DNA of 64,000 nt from Lophium mytilinum (lineage: Eukaryota): assembly GCA_010093605.1 (NCBI GenBank), contig MU004188.1, forward strand, positions 1,243,673 to 1,307,672, read 5' to 3'. The notes beneath the pieces are model-generated. The model searched no databases, was not told the DNA's origin, and worked only from the letters and a program-made list of their open reading frames with translations. The translations under genes and the position numbers were made by a program. Below, in pieces: positions 47,671 through 59,258 of this stretch. Each line of letters opens with the position of its first letter. Within the stretch, counting starts at the first letter, position 1.

Positions 47671-50535
47671 ATGGATCCCCTCACGATAACCACAACAGTG
47701 GTGAGTAACTCAGTATAGACGCCGAGCACTGTTGAGCTGATACCAGGCAGGTCAAAGTCTCATCAACATGCCTATCAACCGCGAAAACGTTGTACGAGGT
47801 TCGAGCACAATACAAGGATGCTCCCATGTACATTGTTTCGATAACGTCCGAGATCAGTGTGATCAGTGCATCATTATCAAACGTCCAGAGCCTTCTCCTC
47901 CGCGACCCTGATCTACCGAATCTCCTTGCGTTGAGACCAGAACTCATCGCGGCGTTAGATGCCTCTCTAACAGGATGCATGGTATTGTTCAGCTGTCTAG
48001 ATGATGAGATGAGCCGCATCACCGCATCTTCACAACCTGGAGCCATTTCGTGGAGGAGCAAGGCGCGAATGGTCTGGAATAGAGACAAGCTAAGAGAGCT
48101 GCTAGAAGCCTTGCGCGGATTGCAGATGTCGATGAATATGCTTATACAGCTTCTACAGGTGTTCGTCCTCCAGTATGTCATTGGCGAAGTGATCAAGACT
48201 GACTTTGTGTTACAGAGATTCGCTTGCGGAGATCAAGAGAATAGTCGAAGAAGGCAGACCTGCACTTGCAGCCACCGTCCAAAGAACGCAATCTCTTCGC
48301 TCCTCGTATCCGCAAATTGGCGTTGCTGAGTCGGTATACTCCCAAGACGATCGAGTGGGTGGCGGTGAGGTCGAGGAGTATGCGACCAGCATTTGGTCCG
48401 ATCGAGAATTCGACTTTGACGATCTTATAGTGAGTAGTAAGGTCTATCGTCGCGCACTTGCAGCTGCCAGAGCGGGCAAACAACCCTCAGATGGAACGAC
48501 AAATGAGCAAAATACGGATGAATCGAATGAGCAAGCTGTGTTCGGGGGTGATCTGATTGATTTCTCAGACACTGCTACCATAACTCAGAAGGTAGTCGAT
48601 CAACCTTCGATATATGGCGCCACTAGAGAGCTTGCTGGCTTGACCCTCTCAGACTCGGATCCGGCAGGCTCGGATCCAAAAGTCCTGGCCCAGTCCGTCA
48701 ACGAGCAGACCAGACTAGCACCAGGTCTTACAAGAATCCCTCACGAAGTCAGAACAAAGCATCAGCAAAGCTACCAAAAGGAAGAAGCGGAACCCGATAC
48801 TGCACTGCCACGGCAAGAAGCTGAGCAGGTTGGATTTACCAGCTTACAGAAAAGGACTCAACCGATCGGCACCCGCGTATGTAGTAAGTGCGCGGAACCT
48901 GTGACTGGTCAATTCGTGCGCGCTTTAGGTGGCGAGTACCATCTCGAGTGTTTCAAATGCGCTGTGAGTAATTGATCTGGAATTTAAAGCTCAACTTCTC
49001 AACCCGTCGCAGGATTGCGGCTTGTTCGTCGCCAACAAATTTTTTCCTGTTCCCGAAGAAGGTCCTAATCAGTACCCCCTCTGCGAAACTGACTATTTCC
49101 GCCGCCTTGATCTCCTCTGTTTTACCTGCGGTTGCGCTCTCCGAGGATCCTATATCACAGCACTTGAACGCAAGTACCACGTCGGACACTTCACATGCTC
49201 GGTCTGTCCACACGTCTTTGGAGCGGAAGAATCCTATTACGAACACGATGGCAAACTTTACTGCCATTACCATTACACCACTGCGTATGCACAAGACTGT
49301 TCAGGCTGCCAGACCGGCATCCTTAAACAATTCGTTGAAATTTTCAGGACTGGTCAGAGTGAGCATTGGCATCCTGAATGTTACATGATACACAAATATT
49401 GGAATGTGCGGCTTGAGTTGTATGGCCTGGTGACAAAAAGGGACTATGCACCGGGAAGCGAGGTTGATGATGAGAGCCGGAATCTCTTGCAAAGAGAAGC
49501 GGAGGAAATGGAGGAGAGAGTCTACAGAATATGGAAAGTCCTCTCGGCTTTTGAGGAGTATTCTGCCACACTGCTATCAGACGTTCTACTCCACGTTGCG
49601 AACGGCAATGCTCTTCTTGCCGTCCCCCCAATGGCTAGATTAATCGAAAACATCAGCGGCTACATCGAATGCTTGCTAGCCGTAGATATTGTTAGGATGT
49701 CAAAGGGATTCGAGAGTACGTATCTAAAGACGCTGTTGATGCCATGTCTAACGCAGTTCTAATTAGGGCTTTCGATAACGCGCGAGTTCAAGCTACTCTG
49801 CAAAAAGATTGTAACGATGCTCTCAGTCATGACGGTACCCAAAGGGGGCGTCACACAAGAACTCTTATCTGTCACCACCGGGATGGCGCATTACAATAAG
49901 CTCCTCATCCGGATTGGCTTACAAGGTGCCCTTCAGTCAAGTGCTCTTAGTACTTTCCTCGATCTTATTCCTACCAAAGGGCAACAAGAGCCTCTCGCCA
50001 CTGGAGTCAAGACAGAGAGATTGGCACAACTAGCACAGAAATCAGCGGACGAGTGTGACTGCTGCGGAGAAAAGGTCGAGGGGGCTTGTTATTTGATTTC
50101 AGATCTCCTGTACCACATGAACTGCATTTCTTGTCCTCAGTGCAAGAAGACTGACGCATATACCTCGGAGGATGATCGAGAAGAGCGCGAGCGCGGTAGC
50201 TGCAGATTCTGTGGTTGTCTTCGCGATGAGAATACCACCTTCCTTGGCAAAAGGAGACAGTACATACACCTCCTCTGGGTTGCCTTCGCAAGGTTTTTGG
50301 TATCAAGCAAAATCGACTGGACGGTGGCACTGAAAGCCGAAAGGTAACATTTATGACGCATCTTCAGAGCGTAGGCCCGACTATAGCCAACAGCTGCTAA
50401 CCAACAAATAGCGATATGCCTGAGGAGCCTGAGGAACCTACCAGGAACCAAGCATCTAAGCCTGATGGGTCAACTGATTCACTGCATGTTCATGATATAC
50501 GACGTATTGTTGCTACACAGCAAAGCTCTCATTAG
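47671..50535 (+). CDS. HeLo-like N-terminal domain fused to Lrg1-type LIM zinc-finger module, lacking RhoGAP domain
   Basis: MDPLTITTTV|VKVSSTCLSTAKTLYEVRAQYKDAP...ITSEISVISASLSNVQ...WRSKARMVWNRDKLRELLEALRGLQMSMNMLIQLLQ and FDFDDLIVSSKVYRRA. Then CSKCAEPVTGQFVRALGGEYHLECFKC|DC, PLCETDYFRRLDLLCFTCGCALRGSYITALERKYHVGHFTCSVC, ILKQFVEIFRTGQSEHWHPECYMIHKYWNVRL and QYIHLLWVAFARFL. Five introns; stop at 50533-50535. Confidence 0.85.
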
Positions 50536-50686
50536 CCGACAGCCTCTAGCTTCAAGGGCGCATATGAGCACCTCAAAGCGGTCTAGTTTCTGAGTCTAAA
50601 ACCGAAGTACATATCCATGAAATAGGAAACCCACAGCTCTAGGAAAGAAGAACTAAATCGACGACTCTCAGCGCGCATACTCCTCC

Positions 50687-52715
50687 TCACCAAATCTCCT
50701 CATCCTCATCCTCCGTCTCCTCATCCAGCCCCTCCTCTTCATCCCTCACAATCTCAATATCAACATACAGATCCAGCGGCTCGCCACTCCCCCTATGATT
50801 ATCACTACACACATTCACCCACCTATTCAGATTCCGCTTCATAACCTGGAACTTCGCCTCGTCACCTCGGTCAATCAAACCCCCCTTGTGGCGCAGATTA
50901 GGCCCTTCGAGCGAGAAAACTAGCCCACAAACATTCGCGTCGAGCTCTAGCTCAAGGAACAACTGGGCGAGGGTCATGTCTTGGAAATTGCCCTCCGGAT
51001 ACCAGTTCTTGGTCGACAGCACTGGAGTGCGGGATAGGATGATGCTGTAGGAGTAGTCGAGCTTTGGTCGCGGGAGGCGGGGTGTTGTGGGCGTGACGCG
51101 GTGGCTTGGGGGGCCGGTGCTTTGCCGTTTTTCTGCGGGTGCGAGAGTGGTGGAGCGTGGTGCTGCGGGCGGGCGAGTGGTGGGCTGCCCGTCCTCTGTG
51201 AAGGATGCAGCCGCAAAGGACGTGGCCGCAAAAGATGTAGCCGCAAAGGACGTCGCCGCATTGGAGAAGGGCGTAGGCGCCGCGGGCGGGCGAGTAGTCG
51301 TCATCAGCGCGTCCTCCATATTGGATATAGCCGCGTTGGATAAGGGCGTAGGTGCCGCGGGCGGGTGAGGAGCAGGTATTCGCTCGTCCTCCATATTGAA
51401 CATAGCCGCCCTGGATAAGGGAGTCGGCTGGGCCCTTACGAATGTTCTACGGGCTGGTATCTCTCGCTCTATCACTGAGTCCTGTGACTGAGTGTCCATA
51501 GTGTGGGCCGACAATATTACCAGCGATTCCTCTTGACTTTGAACCACATCATTCTCGAGTGCGCCGGTAGACCTCTGAGACTCGATGGCCTCGAGTATTC
51601 GCTTTTCTGCTTCCGTGTCATAATAATTCTTCGGGCCTTTCCTGTCGCGGCCCGTTGTGCGAGCTTCGTAAATCGATACACTTGGCGCCGCAGCTGCTGA
51701 ATGATCCGAATCCTCTGAATACAGCTCGTCGTCGTCGGACTCGAACCGGGAGATTTTGCGTCGCTGCGCTGTTTTGTGCGGAGAGATATCTTCGGCGGAT
51801 GCGGGACGTTTCGAGCCTACTGTCCTCGTAGCGCTGTCTTTTTCTTTTTGGATGTAATATGGATTGCGGCTTTTCTTCTACGTTGCATCAGCCTTGCACT
51901 GCCGTTTTCGGCCATCTATGTCGTGTTTGGCTGCTCTCTTGAAAACGTACCGCAAAACTCCGCGCCTGCAAACCAGGATGTTGATCTTGCTCGTTACCCA
52001 CTGGGTCGGGTGGAGCAGGAGATCCTTCTTCCGCGGCCAAGTCTACTGGATCTGCGGCGCTCGGAGAAGCGCTTCTTTCGCCCTCAAGTCGCGTAGGGTT
52101 AAAGCTTTTGACGAGGTTAGAGATGAGATAGTATATATACAGGTTGTTAGTTGAGATCTCACTTAGGTAACATGCCGGAATGGCTCTCGAGTGGGGTTTC
52201 CGGGCTCGTGTCCCTCGCATCGGTGGAATTATCCACTATTTCGTCTATTTCGGCAGTGATCTTGTCTTTGTTATTGCGTTGTTCATGTTGCTTTATATAC
52301 TCTAATTTGTTAAAGCGAGATATAAGCTTTTTCAAAAGATCAGTGATTCTATTTGAGGTTAGCATTTATAAACTTAGGCTACGAATGAGCATTGGGCATA
52401 CTTTAAATGGTCCCTAGAAAGTCGGAGAGCATTATATTTGTCTGAAGTACTGTTGTCTGGCCAATAAAAGCTTCCCCTCCTCCTCAAGAATGCGGCCGTC
52501 ATTTCTTCAAGGCCAGTCTGGTGCTCGGGCGAGGGGTTCCAAATATACAGCTCCGCACCTGAGAGATCAGATCTTGTCCGATAGTTCGCAATAAATGATC
52601 TGACATCGTTGCAAAAGGAAGCGCCAGCAGTCCCAGGTCCATACCCCAGTTGCTTACGGAGCTCAGTGGCTTTGGGTGTAGCTGCCATGGTAATACTGGA
52701 TTTCGCTGGACCCAT
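50687..52715 (-). CDS. Uncharacterised two-domain protein, paralogue B
   Basis: ATG at 52715 (MGPAKSS). ORFs 52374, 52159, 51888 and 50687 are joined by three introns, including 51878-51950 (gtacgt...gctgat...tag). Aligns with paralogue A at both ends. Confidence 0.8.
51160..51430 (-). repeat. Coding tandem repeats in paralogue B
   Basis: 15-bp units gccgcaaaggacgtg/gccgcaaaagatgta/gccgcaaaggacgtc (TSFAA repeats) nested in ~75-bp units (PPAAPTPLSNAAISNMED-like). Confidence 0.85.
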
Positions 52716-54234
52716 TCTAATCGGAGCACAAGAGAAGAAAAAAGGAGAGGCTGAAGAAAAGGCAGAAATGGAGACCAAACCAGCGCATTGATATGTACGC
52801 ACCAGGCAATGAGGCGAAGCAGTTGCTTTCTGTAGAGAACTTGTCGCCTAGCACGCGAAACTCACGCGCCCATCCTACTTCGGTATGGGATGCGCTGCGC
52901 CACTCGCTATAGCTGGTCGAGAATTATGCATTGGATAGGGTGAGCCACCCGACGTATGCGGCATTGTTGGGGGTCAAAAGCCACAATTAATGCTTGGATG
53001 AATATCGTCAGGCGTCGTGGTACGATAAGAGAAAAGCGTGCGAAACCATCAGTAGGGATGAAATATCCGACCAGAAAGCAAGACTCGACTCTTTCTAGGT
53101 CTGGGACGTGAGATTGCTGCTTGCAATCTAGACTGCTGGTTCTGCTGAAAGAATAAGATAACGAAACTCCTGTAGGCGCAGTGCTGATTTTCAGTCGCGC
53201 GCACGACTTCTCAGAAATGAAGAGGCTGCATGAATTGGGGCTGTGGGCTGAGGACTCGAGGTCTCCAGGGGCGGGCGGCTACAGTGCGCCAGGATCGGAA
53301 GACAATCTACCAATGATAATACATGAATTGCGCCACCCACCTTGGAACCCCCGTACAAATACCGATCGAGCATTCGGGAGCTCTTTTAAGAATTATCGCA
53401 CTTGACGTGGTGAACATCTTGCTGGACTGAACGACTTTGAAAACGTAAGGGAACAGAATGAGCGCTTAAAGCAGCGACCTAGAGAGCTAGCACTCACGCT
53501 AGACAACAGAGACAGGACTTCTACTCTTTGCACTGGAGGAACAGACACATTTTATGGGCAGAATGAGGCGTCGTTAGAATCTCGGAGTGTTGCCTATCTC
53601 TGTTTTGAAATTCAGCACCAACGAGACAAGAGCCTCAGCGGAGTGCTGAAAACGCAATTTTCAGCAGACAGCTTCGAGTGCGTACGAAATGCTAAATGCT
53701 GACAGTATAAAAATATACACTTCCTTATGGATCTTGTTTCAGGCTGCGTATCTAGAGTTAGTGCTGGAATGGAACTTTAGCGTGTCGGAGCTGGAGGACC
53801 TAGAGCGACCTTTCTAAGCATTTGGAGGACTATGGGTTGACCTCAAGAAGCCTGGGGCCCCAGAAACTCCAATAGGCCGTGCGAGGTGAAATACGCGATC
53901 TTATGCGGTACTTTGGGAATATTGCGTAAAGACAAGGACGGGGTTGGGTATGACGCAGAAAAGGGGCATGTAGTGCTGAAAAGGATACTATTGTTTGATG
54001 CAAGCCCAAGTGTTACTTGGTAACACAAGTTCGGTTGTCTGCTGGAAAAGCGAGACGTAAAGTCCTCAATTACCCTGAAGATCGCCAACAATATGCAGTC
54101 GCTAATTGACAAACATGTCCCCAAAACGCCGCGCAATGGTCCAAATATCAAGAAGATAGGTATGAAAATCGTCTCGCGTCCTCTGAACCCTTCACCCAAG
54201 GGGTGACCACGAGTGCGGATAATTGTCGCAAATA

Positions 54235-56049
54235 CTAAACGGCTATCCCCCTCTTCATCCAGCCACCCGGTCCCCTCCACGCCCAGATCCAGAGCCCACA
54301 CGCAACCCATACACTGACCGCCATAGCCCAGAAGGTAGGCGCATAGCAGCTAGCCCCGTAGCACAAGACCTCCTTGGCAGCCTCACTCCCGGCATCACCT
54401 GCCTCAGCAGCGTGCTGGTAAACGGCGGCGTAAACAGCGCCCCAAACTGTGGCGCCGAGGGCAGGGGCGGTGGCTAAAATGCCCCAGTTCGTGCCGAAGT
54501 TCTCAACACCCCACACAACCGAGACAACAATTGGGAGGAGCGAGAAGACGGCGCCGTAGCCGGCGCCTATGAAGGCTGAGACCCAGATGAAGCGGCCGGC
54601 ATGGTTCTGGATCACGCCGGATGCAAGCAAGAGCTGGCCGAGGGAGAGGATGAGGGAGAAGGTGAGCAGGAAAGAGACGCGGGAGACGGTGAAGCGCTTG
54701 GCTGGAGGGAGAGATTCGAGAGAATTAGCGAGAGAGTCCGGGCCGCGGCGGTGTTGGTGGGTGGGGGCTATAGGGGCGAGAATGTCGGAGAGGGTGCCGG
54801 TTAGGAGGCGGGCGGCGGTCGAGGTGATGGCGACGATGGAGACGTGGGTAGCGGGGGAGGTCGGCGGAGGGGAGGATGTATGGTGAGGGGGGGATAGTGT
54901 GCCTATTATCGTCCCTAGGTTGTTGATAAAGGCTTCGCCGGGGCCGGTAACGAGGAAGACGCCGGCTGCTAGCCACCACATGGTGTGATCGGCGAGGAAG
55001 CGTCGAGTCTCTTCGTTCAAAAGCCAGGTCTTTTTCCGTGCTTCTTCCTCTGCACGCTCTTTGAGTCGCTCCGCCTCGGTTTGTAAGAAGTCGTACTGCG
55101 AGTCTGAGAGGTCCCGGGCGTCCATGGTGCCGTATCCGTGTATATCTGCGGCGCGATCGAAGAACTCGTCCCGTGCAAGGAGCCCACTCCGCTCAAGTTC
55201 GTCAACGGCATCATCTATCATTCCCTCCTCGTCTACAATCTTGAGAGTAAAAGTGCCCACGATGCCGACTGCAAGAAGCGTAAGTCCAAGGAAAAGGAAA
55301 AAGCGGAAGACATCCACGTCCCCTCGGCTTCCATCCGGGTTCTTCTCATACAGCAGCCGACTCCCGACCTGGCTCTGCCACATTCCACTGAGGCCGAATG
55401 CCGCAATCGGAACTGCAAGGGCGACACCTTTGGCGTTTCCTCTCCCAAAGTTCTTCGCACATGTTGTAACCGCAGAAAGGTACATGCAGCTGGTGCCCAT
55501 GCCAATACCAATGAATGCCACTACCATGACTCCGAATGGCCAGCCGTCCCCTCCAGCAGACGGTGGCGGCCCACTTCGATATGCAAAGGCGGCGAGGAGG
55601 TATCCGAGGCCAAAGAAGCCGCCAGACAGCAACGAGGGTATGCCAGGACCGAGGCGATCACAAAGGTAGCCAAACGCGGGGACGGGGAGGTACATGGCCA
55701 GCTCGGCCGTGATAGAGACGATGTTGACCTGAAACTGGGTGTAATGGAGCCGGGACTGGAACAGATGGCCGTAGAGACTGTATGCCGTGATGCTGCCTGC
55801 GCAGAGGCAGTTGACGATGGCCCACACGAAGGTGAGCCACCGGACGACGTGGCGCTGCATCAGGCGGCGGTCGCGTTCCACGATGCCCTCTGCTACCTGC
55901 TCGAAGAAGCTGCCGGAACAGCTGGTGTCTTGACTGAGACGGTTGGAGTCGCTTTCGTTGTCGGGCTGGAGGAGAGGCCGGCGCGCGTCGGCAGGAGGGC
56001 GGTAGTCGAGCTTGTTAATGCCATTAGACGAACTGGGCGCGTGAGGCAT
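54235..56049 (-). CDS. MCH1: MFS transporter, Mch1/nodulin-like family
   Basis: CLCAGSITAYSLYG, ELAMYLPVPAFGYLCDR, MYLSAVTTCAKNF, GPGEAFINNLG, VWGVENFGTNWG, CYGASCY. ATG MPHAPSS at 56049; intronless. Confidence 0.88.
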   Translation of the reverse strand: MPHAPSSSNGINKLDYRPPADARRPLLQPDNESDSNRLSQDTSCSGSFFEQVAEGIVERDRRLMQRHVVRWLTFVWAIVNCLCAGSITAYSLYGHLFQSRLHYTQFQVNIVSITAELAMYLPVPAFGYLCDRLGPGIPSLLSGGFFGLGYLLAAFAYRSGPPPSAGGDGWPFGVMVVAFIGIGMGTSCMYLSAVTTCAKNFGRGNAKGVALAVPIAAFGLSGMWQSQVGSRLLYEKNPDGSRGDVDVFRFFLFLGLTLLAVGIVGTFTLKIVDEEGMIDDAVDELERSGLLARDEFFDRAADIHGYGTMDARDLSDSQYDFLQTEAERLKERAEEEARKKTWLLNEETRRFLADHTMWWLAAGVFLVTGPGEAFINNLGTIIGTLSPPHHTSSPPPTSPATHVSIVAITSTAARLLTGTLSDILAPIAPTHQHRRGPDSLANSLESLPPAKRFTVSRVSFLLTFSLILSLGQLLLASGVIQNHAGRFIWVSAFIGAGYGAVFSLLPIVVSVVWGVENFGTNWGILATAPALGATVWGAVYAAVYQHAAEAGDAGSEAAKEVLCYGASCYAPTFWAMAVSVWVACGLWIWAWRGPGGWMKRGIAV

Positions 56050-56505
56050 GGCGGGTGTAACAGCGGGCGGTGGGGGTCTAAGAATGCATTGGATGAGGAT
56101 AGCTATAGGGGGGAAGGAGTACAGAAGCACAGCGAGAGTCTTGGTGTTGATGGCGGTTCAAGGCAACGAGTCGTGGTGCTGTCACCGCGCTGGCAGCTAG
56201 GATAATTGAACGTCATCACGGCCGTTTGCTATTGGACGAGACTTCATCATCTTGGCATCTGATCCATTCCTTGAGACAAACCTCCAGATGACACGGTCAG
56301 AGGACCCCACATGACTATCTAAGTGGACAAATATTCAGATAGAACTGCAGCTCTGTGTACTTATGCATGCAGAAGACCACCGACGTGCTGAAGGTTTCGC
56401 CAAGCACTAAATATTAAACATCTCAAGCTCCCATTGGTCCACTTTTCTGCATTTTCGCGACTCCAACGACGGCGCTCCAGCACTTCCCACCAACACTGAG
56501 ACAAC

Positions 56506-57641
56506 ATGGCCCCCGTACAGGCACAGGTACTGCTCTCACCTGCAGAGCTCTCGTATCTACACTCATCGCTGTCTCTTAATCCGCCTATCCGCCCCGATGG
56601 CCGCTCACCGACGCAATTCCGCCCTCTGGTAGCTGAAAGCGATATTCTCCCCGGCGCAAACGGAAGTGCCCGAGTGTGTTTCGCAGACGGGACAGAAGCA
56701 ATAGTGGGGGTCAAGGCTGAGGTAGAGAAGTCACAATGGCGACCTACTCCGCAGAAAGAGTCGGCAGATGTGGAGATGGATGACGAGCAAGAGGAAGAAC
56801 CAGGCGTTGGCGAGAACTCGTGGGTGGAGATGAGCATCGAGATCCCAGGCTTCCGAGACGATGATCCATTGCCTGTGTTCCTCTCAGCTATGCTCACAGA
56901 AGCTTTGCTCGCTAGCGGAGACCTCAAAGACCGCCTTTACATCAACCGACGATTCCACTGGAAGCTCTACGTCGATGTAAGTATTCTACATAATAGCAAT
57001 TAGGCACTCGAAGCTAACACAGAACATAGATTCTCCTCATCTCACCCCCACTTGCATACCCGCTGCCACTACTATCATTGACCACCCACCTCGCCCTCCT
57101 CTCCGCCCGCCTCCCCGCATTGAAGTCGGAAAGAGACGAAGACCCCCTCTTCGACGACGATTGGGAGGCATCTACGCCTATATACCCCCGGTCAGGCCGT
57201 CAGAAGCCCTACAGCGCATACCTCGACAAACCTCCCGTGACTCTACTCGTCATGGCAGTCGGCCAAAACATCATATTCGATCCCAGCAAAGAGGAGCTAG
57301 CGGTAGCCGAAGCTGTGATGGCAATATCTTGCGCAGCATCACAATCGCAGACGGCCGAAGCTGTCCGCCTGCTCTCCATCCGGACCATTGACCCTCCGTC
57401 CCGTCTAACACCTCCGGGTATTCCCAACTTGCTCAACTCGGCTACTGGAGGCGTTGCCCCGGTATCAAGTACGGATGCTATGGCTCAGCGAGAAGCAATG
57501 AGTTTGCTAGGCGTGTGGACGCCGCCAAGAGGTGGCATCAAGAGGAACTTGGTTGGACGAGTCCTGAAGATGGTAGTTGAAAAAGGAGGCGTAGCTGAGG
57601 AAGTGTTAGAAGCGCTAGAGAAAATTGAGGTGGAAAGCTGA
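56506..57641 (+). CDS. RRP42: Exosome core subunit Rrp42 (RNase PH-like)
   Basis: LSPAELSYLHSSL...PIRPDGRSPTQFRP...LPGANGSARV...DGTEAIVGVKAEV; WKLYVD|ILLISPPLAYPLPLLSLTTHLAL..ARLP; FDDDW. Intron 56977-57029. Confidence 0.92.
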
Positions 57642-58153
57642 GTCAATGCTTGAGAACGGCAGTATCACATCCTTCGATCGTCAACACACGGCAGAAGTAC
57701 CGTTCACTAAGTACGCAACACGCTACGCTCAGGAAGCATGTAGACACTTCGCCATCGCCAAGGCCTACAGCCTAGTCCGTGTGCGTAGACGGTGAGTAAT
57801 TTCAACATCATCGAATGTTGATTTGAAAAAAAAGGCTGAATCGTGTTGTGCACGACGAATCCCAGCGTTCTCTTCAAAGCCTGTTTAGATCCCATAAAAA
57901 ATGGGAGCTCCGTACAACTTATATACCCCCAAGTTGCTGCAATGCAACCTCACAGTTTCAAGTGGCCTCGATAGATACAATTCAATTTCACATTTCAAGA
58001 TGGCATGCACCTTTACCATTGGATTTCAAGCTGACCACCCAGAAAACTCCTCAATCAAAACTTCTCAGTTAATATCGTCTCTGTTATTAAACAACGTATG
58101 TGCAACCCCCAACACTCAAACTCTCTTTCGATAAACACCAGCCCCAAATAGAT

Positions 58154-58788
58154 CTACTCCGTATCATCTTCACAGTCACTATTAACCTCCTTACACATCT
58201 CCAACCACAGTTTCCTGTCCTGCTTCACCCTCTCCTCAACACTTATCCCATACACGAACTCATACATACGCGCCCACTTCCCATAGTGCCCCATCTCCCG
58301 CCAATACTCCTTATCCAGCAGTTCCGCCAACCACCCACTCTTACAATGCGCCGGCGCAGCAACCAAATGCAGCTTATACAACACCTCAGAACGGTCCCTC
58401 GACCGCTCCTCCGCTAGGCCACCATGTTCCGCGTTGATGCGCAATCCGTCCGCAACTCCCAGCGAATTCGACCTCCATTTTTCCGTCGTGGCCGTCGAGC
58501 TAGTCGCTTGACTTTCCATCCGCGACGCAAATTTCTGTCGATACTCCTCCATCTCGGCCGGTATCTCGGCGCCCGCAGCCACCTTGCTGCGGAATGCGTC
58601 GATCATGTCGCTGGTGTAGGTTTTCAGTTCCCAGCGTTCTCGGGAGAGTCTGGTGCCGTCTATCGTGTCCTGGTGGGTGGTTTTAGACAGCGGAGGGAAA
58701 CGTGTTCGTTTAGACTTACCGATGTTTTGTGATCAGACGGGGGAAGAGAGGGTATCCCCTCGTCGGGTTGAGATGTTGAGGGGGGCAT
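58154..58788 (-). CDS. Hypothetical protein (~195 aa)
   Basis: ATG at 58788 (MPPSTSQPDEG...KTS) splices through a gtaagt...ccag intron (~58670-58719) in phase into ORF 58154-58606. No recognisable domain. Confidence 0.55.
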
Positions 58789-59258
58789 GGCGAGGTCTCG
58801 GGGCATAGAATAGCAGGTTCATGCGGCGTACGATGCGGAGTATCCTCACACGACGGCTTGTGGAAGACGTCCGAAGCTGGGTGGGAATAAGATGGCGAAA
58901 TTGAGTGTCGACGTTGCATGAGCTAAGAATAAATCGGTATGAATGAACAGAAGACTAGACCATTTCTTAAGTGGCAGCTGGTTCGATACCGCCTCTCGTC
59001 CATGGTACTCCTCTACCAAAATAGCAATCGGTCCCACGGTCAATTCTCGGTATGCAGCCAATCCCAACTCGAAACTCGATTGCTTCTGTAACCGATCAAT
59101 GCGATGACCATTGCCTCCTCCGTGTCGCCCCTTCATAAACTTTTGGAGAACACGTTGACTCTTCTTCGCTTCCACATCCAGCAATCCCGCTTCTCCACCT
59201 TCCACCTCGCACCCTTTCATATCCACACATCCCATACCTCCATACCCTCACTTCTCCC

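Noticed and set aside
55138..56205. 355-aa plus-strand ORF
   Set aside because: Antisense shadow of the MCH1 CDS with no independent motif.
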